Origin: a bacterium
GTDB taxonomy: Bacteria; Actinomycetota; Acidimicrobiia; Acidimicrobiales; Bin134
DNA length: 64,000 bases
Reading direction: 5' to 3'
Assembly: GCA_026709025.1 (NCBI GenBank)
Contig: JAPOTT010000019.1
Coordinates: 20,094-84,093 of the forward strand
Made by a program: the position numbers and the translations under genes. Numbering within the stretch: the stretch's first letter is position 1; every line of letters starts with the position of its first letter. The notes beneath the pieces are model-generated. The model had not been told where the DNA came from. It was given only the letters and a program-made list of their open reading frames with translations, and searched no databases. This document shows, piece by piece, positions 20,880 through 28,714 of the stretch.

Positions 20880-21785
20880 ATGGAATGGTTAGAAGTCACG
20901 GGTAGAACCGTTGCCCAAGCAGAAGAAGCAGCTTTAGATCAACTAGGCGTGGATCGAAGTGAGGCTGAATTTACGGTGTTGGAACAACCCAAGGGTGGTA
21001 TCTTGGGGTTGGGACGAACCGATGCTAGGGTTAGAGCGCGCGTTAAGCCTGTGCAGGCTCAAGAGAAGCAAAAAAAGCGGCGACCCAAGAACAATCGTTC
21101 AAAAAATCGTTCCCCTAATCGGGAATCTAACAAACATAAAAGTCAAGCTAGCCGCAAGACTGCCGAACCAAGCAATCGTCAAAACAATGCAAGTAACAAC
21201 AAAAATCGGACACAACGCCATGATCGGGGTAGCTTGGAAGACAAAGAGCGTACTAGTCGTTCAGCAAATACCTCAAGAGGGGTAAACGCAAGGAAGGGTA
21301 AGCCCATGGAAGAAGCAATGAGTTTGGAAGAGCAAACCACTGTGCTGGTGGATTTTTTGGATGGCCTTGTGGATGCGTTTGAGCTTGAAGCTGTCGTTTC
21401 TGCCGACCGGGTGAGTGACGACACCGTGGAGTTAAGGGTAGAGAATGCCGATGGTGTGGGATTGTTGATTGGGCCTAAGGGCAACACTCTGCGTGCGGTG
21501 GAAGATTTGTCGCGGATGTTGGTGCAACGTAAGTCTGACGGCAACTGTGAGGGGCGTGTTAGGGTTGACATCGGCGGGTATCGGGAACGTCGTCGGGCTG
21601 CTTTAGAAGAGTTCTGTGTGAAGGTAGCGCTTGAAGCTAGAGATACAGGTCAAGAGCGTCCGCTTGAGCCAATGAATGCTGCAGATCGTAAGGTTGCACA
21701 CGATGCTGTGACAGACATAGAAGGCGTAAGTACAGTTTCTGAAGGTCAAGAGCCGCGTCGTTGGGTTGTGATTGTTCCTGACTAG
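20880..21785 (+). CDS. jag: Jag/KhpB-type RNA-binding protein (Jag_N, KH, R3H)
   Basis: 301-aa ORF with a Jag_N start (MEWLEVTGRTVAQAEEAALDQLGV), a KH-like GLLIGPKGNTLRAVE, and an R3H-like EPMNAADRKVAHDAV. It sits in the conserved position after yidC. Confidence 0.8.
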   Translation: MEWLEVTGRTVAQAEEAALDQLGVDRSEAEFTVLEQPKGGILGLGRTDARVRARVKPVQAQEKQKKRRPKNNRSKNRSPNRESNKHKSQASRKTAEPSNRQNNASNNKNRTQRHDRGSLEDKERTSRSANTSRGVNARKGKPMEEAMSLEEQTTVLVDFLDGLVDAFELEAVVSADRVSDDTVELRVENADGVGLLIGPKGNTLRAVEDLSRMLVQRKSDGNCEGRVRVDIGGYRERRRAALEEFCVKVALEARDTGQERPLEPMNAADRKVAHDAVTDIEGVSTVSEGQEPRRWVVIVPD

Positions 21786-22345
21786 TGGAGTTAGATGCAT
21801 CTCTTAGATTGCGATTGGCCCAAGCCCTAGGTCAAGCTCAAAAGCGAGGTTGGGTAGGAAAAAAACAGCTAGATAGTTATATCGATCATTCTTTGGGGTT
21901 TGCCAGAGTGACGCATCTTGTGCCTGAGGTAGCTGTTGATTTGGGCAGTGGGGGTGGCTTGCCAGCTCTGGTGCTGATGGCGGTTTGGCCCAAATGTCGT
22001 TGGACGCTGGTGGAGGTTTCATTGGCTAGGGCTGCATTATTAGAGTTAAATTGTGTACGACTGGGGTGGGCCGACAGAGTAGAGGTTTGCCATGCCGATG
22101 CTCATAGCCTGAGAGGTGATGTAGGGTTTGTAGGTTGTGCTGATCTTGTGACCGCTCGAAGCTTTGGGCCTGCTGAAGCCGTAGTTGCTGCTGCCGCACC
22201 TCTATTGCGCCAGGGTGGGGAGCTGATCGTAAGTGCTGCACCAGACGCCGATCCGTGGTCTGGTGCCATGCTTGTTGCACATGGTCTAGCCACAGATCAG
22301 ATCACAAGCACAAAACCAAGATTCCATCACACCCGAAAACTCTAA
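21785..22345 (+). CDS. rsmG: 16S rRNA (guanine527-N7)-methyltransferase RsmG/GidB
   Basis: 186-aa ORF with SAM motif VDLGSGGGLPALVL, in the conserved position between jag and parA. Confidence 0.85.
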   Translation: MELDASLRLRLAQALGQAQKRGWVGKKQLDSYIDHSLGFARVTHLVPEVAVDLGSGGGLPALVLMAVWPKCRWTLVEVSLARAALLELNCVRLGWADRVEVCHADAHSLRGDVGFVGCADLVTARSFGPAEAVVAAAAPLLRQGGELIVSAAPDADPWSGAMLVAHGLATDQITSTKPRFHHTRKL

Positions 22346-22370
22346 GTCACGTTGCAATCGCTACCTTAGA

Positions 22371-22386
22371 TGTTTCACATGAAACA
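22371..22386. promoter_or_regulatory. parS-like ParB-binding palindrome TGTTTCACATGAAACA
   Basis: 15/16 match to the parS consensus TGTTNCACGTGAAACA. It is embedded in the longer palindrome TAGATGTTTCACATGAAACATCTA, 25 nt after the rsmG stop. Confidence 0.7.
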
Positions 22387-22571
22387 TCTAAGGCACCTCT
22401 GTAGGTCTTCACAGCATGGAGTTCTCCGTTGGTGGTGGAGGCATATTCTTGTAGGAGGGGTTATGTGGCGACAAGAAGCAGTGTCGGAATGCTGCTATGT
22501 TCTGAGGTTACCCCCTTTTTGTGGAGGGGTTGGTTTTGTGGTTTTGGGTGTGTTCCGTGTTCTGCTGGCGC

Positions 22572-22658
22572 GAGCATACAAACCTTGACGTGCTATAGGT
22601 ATCTCCATTGTCTTTTTTGATATTGATAATCTGCCTCTTTTGAGCTGGGCGCGTACCC
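22572..22658. repeat. Left arm of an imperfect ~90-bp inverted repeat bracketing the IS remnant
   Basis: The cores AAACCTTGACGT (22580-22591) and TTTTTTGATA (22613-22622) recur as reverse complements at 23963-23974 and 23932-23941, with identical 21-nt spacing. By-eye identity over the arm is roughly 70%. Confidence 0.45.
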
Positions 22659-22688
22659 ACACTGATATTTTTTGTCGGGTATTTCTTG

Positions 22689-23017
22689 TCAGGCGCGGGT
22701 TATGGTGGAACAGGTGCGCCGGCTGATGAGTTTGTGCTGGAGGGTTGAGAAGAACGACGCGACGGCAGTTTTGATCGCGGCTTTGATCAGTTCCATGGTC
22801 GGATAGGTGGCGAAGGCGGCGAAGCCGACCATGCGCTTAGACCACAGATCCAGCACTTTGGTACAGAACACCGGGCCCGCTGAGGTTTTCACTTCTTTGA
22901 AGTCGCCGCACCGTTTCTGGTTGATCGACGTGGCACCGAAGTTTCGCCTTAGAAGGTCTGATAGGGCTACGATGTTGGGGTTCTGGCTGGTCAGGTATTT
23001 CTTCTTGTTGTTTTTGC
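22689..23017 (-). pseudogene. IS3-family transposase OrfB fragment (catalytic core deleted)
   Basis: The open frame reads SKNNKKKYLTSQNPNIVALSDLLRRNFGATSINQKRCGDFKEVKTSAGPVFCTKVLDLWSKRMVGFA...PTMELIKAAIKTAVA. This is fused directly to the C-terminal-type motif SFFSTLQHKLISRR, so the rve entry motif is joined to the tail and the DDE region is missing. Confidence 0.65.
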
Positions 23018-23231
23018 TGCTGGAGATAGGTAGCTGTTATGAAACTTTGGGTTAGAAAGGCTGCTAATCGTGTTTGACAACATTTTTGATGGACTGTTTG
23101 ATGGTCTGGCTTGGTTGTTGGCCCTGTACTACTTGGCCGGTCATAGCTTTGGTTTTGCCATCATCTTTTTCACCCTCACGGTGATTGGTGTTGCTTACCC
23201 CACTGACGCTGTATACCACTCGTTCAATGCT
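23018..23231 (+). repeat. Dispersed duplicate of the rnpA-end/yidD/yidC-start junction, carrying a 237-bp internal deletion
   Basis: 23018-23061 matches 19352-19395 with 1 mismatch. 23057-23231 matches 19628-19801 with about 6 substitutions plus a 1-nt insertion. The junction falls at AAGGC, which occurs at both parental sites (19391-19395 and 19628-19632). Confidence 0.9.
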
Positions 23232-23813
23232 GGGGCGGGCGCACAGGCCCTGGTGGGCCATGGATGCTTCTACAAGTTTTCTTCGACATCGACAGGTCGT
23301 CTCTGGGGAGCTGGGCGCGTTCCCTGGGCGCCTTGTAGGTTTTTCTGGATTTGACGAACGCCCGGCGCACCTCGGCATCTGTTGCCCAGCGGCGGACTTG
23401 CATCTGAGTGCGCGGTTGTTTGAGGTGCTTGTAGAACGTCGAGGGCGCCACTTCCAGTGCCCGGCAAGACACCGAGTGAGGCACGCCGTGTTTGGTCCTC
23501 TGAGCGGCGATGAACCCGGTCAGCTCGCCGGCTACCGCGTTGCTTTGTGTCCTGAGAGGACCACGGATCGTTTGAACCCATCGTGCTTCACCCGCAAAAC
23601 AGCGTTTTCCTTGTGAAGCTCAACTAACTCGGTTCTTTTATCTGATAACAGATGCCAGCCTGCTTGGCTCGGTCTCGGCACATCCAGTTTCCCAGCGTGC
23701 CTCATACACCGAGCTCTCGGGTTACTGGCTTGCCGGTTTCGTGTACGATGCGAACAGCCCTACCACGGAACTTCTGATCGAAATTTTTTTGTGATCTGGA
23801 CATAACTCTTCTG
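23232..23813 (-). pseudogene. IS3-family OrfA plus OrfB N-terminal region, disrupted
   Basis: From the ATG at 23813: MSRSQKNFDQKFRGRAVRIVHETGKPVTRELGV*GTLGNWMCRDRAKQAG, with an in-frame TGA inside the HTH. Other frames then give ELVELHKENAVLRVKHDGFKRSVV and LTGFIAAQRTKHGVPHSVSCRALEVAPSTFYKHLKQP...KTYKAPRERAQL. Confidence 0.65.
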
Positions 23814-23896
23814 GATAGAGCATGCCTCAACGAAAGGGGAGAGCCCCAAGCTTGGAAGTATGTACCTGTTTCAATGAGACTTACGGGTTTTTGAGA

Positions 23897-23985
23897 GTAC
23901 GCGCTCGGCCAAGCGCGCGATGGCCTAGCAGTATCAAAAAAGAACGTGGAAGTGTTTATGGTACGTCAAGGTTTATGTGCTTGTC
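23897..23985. repeat. Right arm of the imperfect inverted repeat bracketing the IS remnant
   Basis: Reverse complement of 22572-22658 at roughly 70% identity. It ends 5 nt before the second parS-like site. Confidence 0.45.
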
Positions 23986-23990
23986 CTAAA

Positions 23991-24006
23991 TGTTTCACAT
24001 GAAACA
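23991..24006. promoter_or_regulatory. parS-like ParB-binding palindrome TGTTTCACATGAAACA (second copy)
   Basis: The 21-nt block ATGTTTCACATGAAACATCTA is identical to 22370-22390 and lies exactly 1620 bp away, 148 nt upstream of parA. Confidence 0.7.
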
Positions 24007-24153
24007 TCTAGCTTGGCTCTGCGGGCTGTCTCAGCGTGAGGTGTCATTGTGAGCTTTGTTGTTTTGGCAGCCAGCAAGGATTTTGGTGGCTGTTGGAGAA
24101 AAAATGGGGTTTGGCGGTTGAAGATGGCGTGAGGATGCGACACAATGGGCTAG

Positions 24154-24951
24154 GTGTCTTTTGAGCAAAACACGCAGCCACGCATCATTGCTGTTGCCAA
24201 CCAGAAGGGTGGGGTAGGTAAAACTACCACTGCTGTGAACCTCGCAGCATGTCTTGCTGAGTTGGGTCAGAAGGTGTTGGTGGTGGATCTAGACCCACAG
24301 GCCAATGCTACAACCGGCTTAGGGGTAGACCCTTTTGTGGGTGGCAAATCAACTTACGATGTGCTTTTGCAACACGGCACTATGGCTGAAAGCATCGTGG
24401 CAACGGAAACTGAAAACCTTTGGTTATGCCCATCAACTTTGGATTTAGCTGGGGCAGAAGTGGAGCTAGTACCTGCTTTTAGTCGCGAGCGCAGGTTGCA
24501 GGATGCTTTAGAACCTGTAGTTGATGGCTACAATTTTATCTTTATTGATTGTCCACCTTCGCTTGGGCTGATCACCGTTAATGGGCTAGCCGCAGCTAAG
24601 GAAGTGTTGGTTCCTATCCAGTGCGAATACTATGCGCTAGAGGGTCTCGGCCAGTTGATGCGCAATGTTGAGTTGGTAAAAAATGGGCTTAACAGTCAGC
24701 TGGCGATTTCGTTGATTGTGCTAGTGATGTACGATGCCCGAACCAAGCTGGCGGCTCAGGTAGAAACCGAAGTTCGTAGTTATTTTGGGGATCGGGTTTG
24801 CCGACAGGTGATTCCGCGCAACGTTCGTTTAGCCGAGGCACCGTCTTTTGGAGCACCAGTTATTGTTACACATCCAGAATCACGTGGGGCTCTGGCTTAT
24901 CGTGAACTTGCTAAGGAGGTACTAAATGGCACGCCAGCACGGGATGGGTAG
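24154..24951 (+). CDS. parA: Chromosome partitioning ATPase ParA/Soj
   Basis: 265-aa ORF with the deviant Walker A motif [18 protein letters not shown]. Confidence 0.93.
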   Translation: MSFEQNTQPRIIAVANQKGGVGKTTTAVNLAACLAELGQKVLVVDLDPQANATTGLGVDPFVGGKSTYDVLLQHGTMAESIVATETENLWLCPSTLDLAGAEVELVPAFSRERRLQDALEPVVDGYNFIFIDCPPSLGLITVNGLAAAKEVLVPIQCEYYALEGLGQLMRNVELVKNGLNSQLAISLIVLVMYDARTKLAAQVETEVRSYFGDRVCRQVIPRNVRLAEAPSFGAPVIVTHPESRGALAYRELAKEVLNGTPARDG

Positions 24952-25798
24952 AGGACTCAGCGCTTTGATTGCAGATTCTTCAGGCACTCCGAGGGAGGGC
25001 ACCTCTTCGTATTTGGAATTGCCCCTAGATGCCATTGTGGTAAACCCATATCAGCCTCGAGATAGCTTTGACCAAACTGCCCTAGATGCTTTGAGTGAAT
25101 CTGTTCGTGAGGTAGGAGTGCTTCAGCCGGTGTTGGTGCGACCTGTTGCTGATGGCAAATATCAACTAATTGCAGGAGAGCGGCGGTGTCGAGCAGCACG
25201 CCAAGCTGGACTTAGCAGAGTTCCAGCGATAGTTCGTTCTGTGGAAGACGCTGATGCACTAGAACAAGCTCTGTTAGAGAACCTCCAGCGCGAAGATTTG
25301 AACCCGATAGAGCAGGCGTTATCGTTTCAGCAACTGATTAGCGAGTTTGGATTTACTCAGGAGACGGTGGCCAAACGACTTGGGTACAGTAGGTCTGTTG
25401 TGTCTAACACCTTGCGTTTGCTGCAACTACCAGAGCAGGTAAAGGAGATGTTGGTTGAGGGTTCCTTATCCGTCGGTCACGCTAGGGCACTGTTGGGGAT
25501 TAGCAATCCTAAGCAGCTACTCGGGTTTGCCGAAAAAGTTGTGGCTAAGGGATTAACTGTGCGCATGGTTGAAGATGCTGTTAGAGAAATTAATGCGAAA
25601 GTTCAGGCTCAATCCAAACCAGCACGATCCGCTAAAGGCGATAGGGGAGCTGCCGTACTGGAGTTAGAGAATCAGCTTGGTGATCATCTTGAGACCAAAG
25701 TCAATGTGTTTTTGGGTAAGGGTAAGGGCAAGTTGGTGATTCAATTTGCTGATATGAGTGATCTAGAGCGGATATACCGTACGATGTTGCAACACTAA
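24926..25798 (+). CDS. parB: Chromosome partitioning protein ParB/Spo0J
   Basis: 290-aa ORF with GRGLSALI, the ParB box [11 protein letters not shown] and an HTH ([22 protein letters not shown]). AAGGAGG lies 6 nt upstream of the ATG at 24926. Confidence 0.93.
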   Translation: MARQHGMGRGLSALIADSSGTPREGTSSYLELPLDAIVVNPYQPRDSFDQTALDALSESVREVGVLQPVLVRPVADGKYQLIAGERRCRAARQAGLSRVPAIVRSVEDADALEQALLENLQREDLNPIEQALSFQQLISEFGFTQETVAKRLGYSRSVVSNTLRLLQLPEQVKEMLVEGSLSVGHARALLGISNPKQLLGFAEKVVAKGLTVRMVEDAVREINAKVQAQSKPARSAKGDRGAAVLELENQLGDHLETKVNVFLGKGKGKLVIQFADMSDLERIYRTMLQH

Positions 25799-25849
25799 GG
25801 GTGTTTTGGGATTGAGGACAGTCTGGGGGACAGTCTAGAGGTGTTTATT

Positions 25850-26866
25850 TCAGGCTGGTTTTGTAGCCCACAAGGCTAATCCTGCTTCGAATGCACGAGC
25901 TACAGGAGCAAGTCTAGCCTGAATGAGCAGGAGAGGCCCTAAAGAACATTGCACTGCTGTCATCTGAGTGTGACGCAAGATTGGCAAGCGCATTCCTCGC
26001 ACTTCAGACGTTTCAATGCTTAAGGCTACAGGTAGCCGCTTACCCAAGATGCTAGCTAACCGTTTACCTCCCGGAGACACAAAACCTTCGGTTGCGAAAT
26101 AGGAAATACGGCATTCTTGGATGCAGGAGGGCACAAGGTTCAAGCACACATCTACTTTTAGGCGGTTGGCTTCGTTGGCGGCATCTGATTCGGATAGGTC
26201 GGATATTTCATGGACAGCCGCCCCGGCGCGTCGCAGCCCAGTACAGAGTTCGCTCCCTACTGCAGCTAAGTCTTCTGGAAATACAATCATGATATGTTTT
26301 TCGGTGAGTTTTTTTGGTGCTCGTTGTAGCATGGCCCGTTCTCGTACAGCTGCAACGGTGGCAGGTATAACTCGAGCCGACATTCTTTTGAGACAAGCAG
26401 TGGTTTCTGTAGAGCAAATCCCATCTGGATGCAGTCCACTGTTGAATTGGAACTCTTTTACTGCACTTGCAGTTTCAGAACCAAAGATTCCGTCTACTCG
26501 TCCTGCATCAAAACCCAGCGAACCTAATCGTAGCTGTAGCTCAGCCACGTCATCGCCTCGGAGTGCAGGATTAGCTATTGCAAGATCGCGATCTCCAAGT
26601 GTCCAGCTTGCCTCTTGCAAAGCTGTCCAGGTGTGTGGCCCGCATATTCCGTCTACGCTTAAACCTCGACTAGCTTGAAAGTCTGAAACTGCAACAGCAG
26701 TGGAGGTATCAAAGCAACCTTTTGTGACTATGGCTGGAGGGAAGCCAGCTGTGACTAGTTCTTTTTGCAACAGCGATACGTTGTCGTTGTTGTCTCCGAT
26801 TGTTAAAGTAGGTAGTTTCTTAGTATTCAGACTTTTTTCTGTAGTTTCTGAGCCTAAATGAATCAT
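25850..26866 (-). CDS. CwlM-like protein: two PG_binding_1 domains plus an Amidase_3-like domain that looks non-catalytic
   Basis: There are two repeats of the ...FQxxxGLxxDGICGxxT... type. The C-terminal part follows the Amidase_3 layout, but IMIVFPEDLAAVG replaces the usual DPGHGG zinc-ligand motif. The position next to trxA-trxB matches cwlM synteny. Confidence 0.65.
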   Translation of the reverse strand: MIHLGSETTEKSLNTKKLPTLTIGDNNDNVSLLQKELVTAGFPPAIVTKGCFDTSTAVAVSDFQASRGLSVDGICGPHTWTALQEASWTLGDRDLAIANPALRGDDVAELQLRLGSLGFDAGRVDGIFGSETASAVKEFQFNSGLHPDGICSTETTACLKRMSARVIPATVAAVRERAMLQRAPKKLTEKHIMIVFPEDLAAVGSELCTGLRRAGAAVHEISDLSESDAANEANRLKVDVCLNLVPSCIQECRISYFATEGFVSPGGKRLASILGKRLPVALSIETSEVRGMRLPILRHTQMTAVQCSLGPLLLIQARLAPVARAFEAGLALWATKPA

Positions 26867-26911
26867 TTCTGTTTATGAAGAAGGGTAGGAAGGTAAGAGA
26901 CCATCGGGAAG

Positions 26912-27241
26912 CTAAAAGGCTACCTCGCCGATTTCTTGTAGGAGCTGCTCTTTGCCTTTAGCACCAACTATTCGCTTGGTTGGTTCTCCATCTTTGAATA
27001 TGATCAGCGTGGGAATGCTCATCACCTGATAGCGCATGGCAACATCGGCGGCTTCGTCAACATTGAGTTTGGCCACGCTTATCACTCCTGCTTTTTCTGT
27101 GGCTATTTCGTCTAGGATTGGAGCGATCATCTTGCAGGGGCCACACCATTCGGCCCAGAAATCGACTACAACCGGCAATTCTGCGGCACCAATCACCTCT
27201 TCAAAGGTTTCGTTGGTTAGGGTGGTGACATTCTCAGCCAT
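26912..27241 (-). CDS. trxA: Thioredoxin
   Basis: 109-aa ORF with the WAEWCGPCK active site. Confidence 0.93.
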   Translation of the reverse strand: MAENVTTLTNETFEEVIGAAELPVVVDFWAEWCGPCKMIAPILDEIATEKAGVISVAKLNVDEAADVAMRYQVMSIPTLIIFKDGEPTKRIVGAKGKEQLLQEIGEVAF

Positions 27242-27314
27242 GCTTATCTTCCTTTGGTTTGTGTTTAGGCTTTTTGTATTTTGTAAGGCTTGATTCTACC
27301 AGCGATTTGTGTTT

Positions 27315-28286
27315 TTATCCGTGTCCAGTAGCTTCTAGCCAGCGTTCTGCATCTATTGCTGCCATACAGCCAGAACCAGCTGCTGTTACTGCTTGTCGGT
27401 AGACATCATCTTGAACATCTCCACAAGCAAAAACACCTTCTATATCGGTGCAGCTTGAATCTGATTTTGTGATGAGGTAGCCATTTTCTTTGCGTGGGAG
27501 TTGATCGGCGAACAAATCGGTGTTGGGTTGATGCCCAATAGCGATAAACAAACCAGTCACATTTAACTCTGATGTTTCGCCGGTGACGTTGTTGTGTAGA
27601 CGGATGCCTTCTAGCTTGGTATTGCCGTTGAGCTGACGAACTTCGCTGTTCCACAGAAACTCAATACGCTCGTTGGCAAAGGCTCTGTCTTGCATGATTT
27701 TTGAGGCTCGTAACTCATCACGGCGATGTATAACAGTAACTTTAGATGCAAAACGAGTTAGAAAAATGGCTTCTTCCATAGCAGAATCCCCGCCTCCAAC
27801 CACAGCAATGTGCTGGTCTTTGAAAAAGAACCCATCACAGGTAGCGCAGGTAGACACGCCGTGGCCTATAAGCCGGTCTTCGGCTTCGAGACCTAGCATT
27901 AGAGATTGTGCTCCGGTAGATACGATCACGGCCCAAGCATAAAAGCTAGGTTCCGCCGCATTAGGGTTGCCTATCCAGATGCCATGCGGAGGCCCTGAGA
28001 GGTCTACTCGAGTGACTTTGTCGGTGAGCAACTCTGCGCCGAAGCGGGTTGCTTGTGAACGAAATTGCGCCATTAGCTCTGGGCCCACGACACCCTGTGG
28101 AAACCCAGGATAGTTTTCAACATCAGTGGTCAACATGAGTTGTCCGCCGGGTTGATCGCTTGTCGAGGAGGGTAGCCCTTCGAACAGAAGGGGCGATAGG
28201 TTGGCCCGTGCTGTGTAGATGGCCGCTGTTAGCCCAGCTGGGCCTGAGCCAATCACAACAACCTTGCGGACTTTTGTATCTGTCAT
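27315..28286 (-). CDS. trxB: Thioredoxin-disulfide reductase
   Basis: 323-aa ORF with GSGPAG FAD motif, CATCDGFF redox centre and GGGDSAMEEA NADPH motif. Confidence 0.93.
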   Translation of the reverse strand: MTDTKVRKVVVIGSGPAGLTAAIYTARANLSPLLFEGLPSSTSDQPGGQLMLTTDVENYPGFPQGVVGPELMAQFRSQATRFGAELLTDKVTRVDLSGPPHGIWIGNPNAAEPSFYAWAVIVSTGAQSLMLGLEAEDRLIGHGVSTCATCDGFFFKDQHIAVVGGGDSAMEEAIFLTRFASKVTVIHRRDELRASKIMQDRAFANERIEFLWNSEVRQLNGNTKLEGIRLHNNVTGETSELNVTGLFIAIGHQPNTDLFADQLPRKENGYLITKSDSSCTDIEGVFACGDVQDDVYRQAVTAAGSGCMAAIDAERWLEATGHG

Positions 28287-28290
28287 AAAG

Positions 28291-28626
28291 CTAAGCAGGA
28301 TGATTGGGGCGTTTAGACCAGAAAAATAAGCCCAGCGAGATGAAGGCTACCCCTAAGATACCATGTGCGGCCCACGCTCTTCCGGTTGCAATTTCCAGCC
28401 CTCGCACAGTTGCCATGATGCTCAAAATAAGTGCGATAAGCAAGGGAAATATGCCAAATATAACGTAGGCTAGAATACGGCTGGCGCTTACTACTGGCCC
28501 TGTAGTGGCATTGCGTACCTTGTCCACGGTGTTGACAACCACATCAGCAGCTTGATCGGGCCAGTTGTTGAGTAGGTCAAAATTGCCTGTTTGAGATTTT
28601 TGCTTCACATCGGCATTGTCAGCCAT
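28291..28626 (-). CDS. Hypothetical membrane protein (two predicted TM helices)
   Basis: 111-aa ORF on the same strand, 4 nt upstream of the trxB start. Hydrophobic segments are ILAYVIFGIFPLLIALILSIMA and GILGVAFISLGLFFW. No family recognised. Confidence 0.45.
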   Translation of the reverse strand: MADNADVKQKSQTGNFDLLNNWPDQAADVVVNTVDKVRNATTGPVVSASRILAYVIFGIFPLLIALILSIMATVRGLEIATGRAWAAHGILGVAFISLGLFFWSKRPNHPA

Positions 28627-28714
28627 AGGTGTTTACCTTATCCCCATATTGTTGCAGAACCGACTTTTTCACAACCCAAAACCTTAGGTGGTGGGTCAGC
28701 TGGTTGGCTAGCAG

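Larger units (their letters stand above)
22689..23813 (-). mobile_element. Decayed IS3-family insertion sequence (orfA/orfB remnants; true ends undefined)
   Basis: My minus-strand translations show IS3-type OrfA and OrfB patterns with an in-frame stop, frame changes, an internal deletion of the DDE core and a foreign 214-bp insert. See the pseudogene entries. Confidence 0.7.

Noticed and set aside
22370-22620. Two overlapping W/G/V-rich ORFs (72 and 63 aa) starting in or just after the first parS site
   Set aside because: The sequence is G/T-rich and low-complexity, with no RBS or motif. They are likely frame artefacts of the spacer.
23070-23354. 94-aa ORF beginning MFDNIFDGLFDGLAWLLALYYLAGHSFGF (YidC-like)
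   Set aside because: It is the truncated duplicate of the yidC 5' end, frameshifted after about 40 codons and reading into antisense IS sequence. I treat it as a pseudogene fragment, not a second yidC.
25816-25836. Short direct repeat GGACAGTCT x2 in the convergent parB/cwlM-like spacer
   Set aside because: There are only two 9-nt copies, which could arise by chance. No associated structure or motif was recognised.
26121-26678. Long antisense ORFs opposite well-supported genes (e.g. 26121-26678, 34653-35345, 31308-31943, 56309-56905, 61319-61822, 6560-6976, 42222-42855)
   Set aside because: Each lies fully inside a gene with strong motif support on the other strand. Their translations are Ala/Arg/Ser/Pro-rich, as expected for antisense frames of GC-leaning coding DNA.
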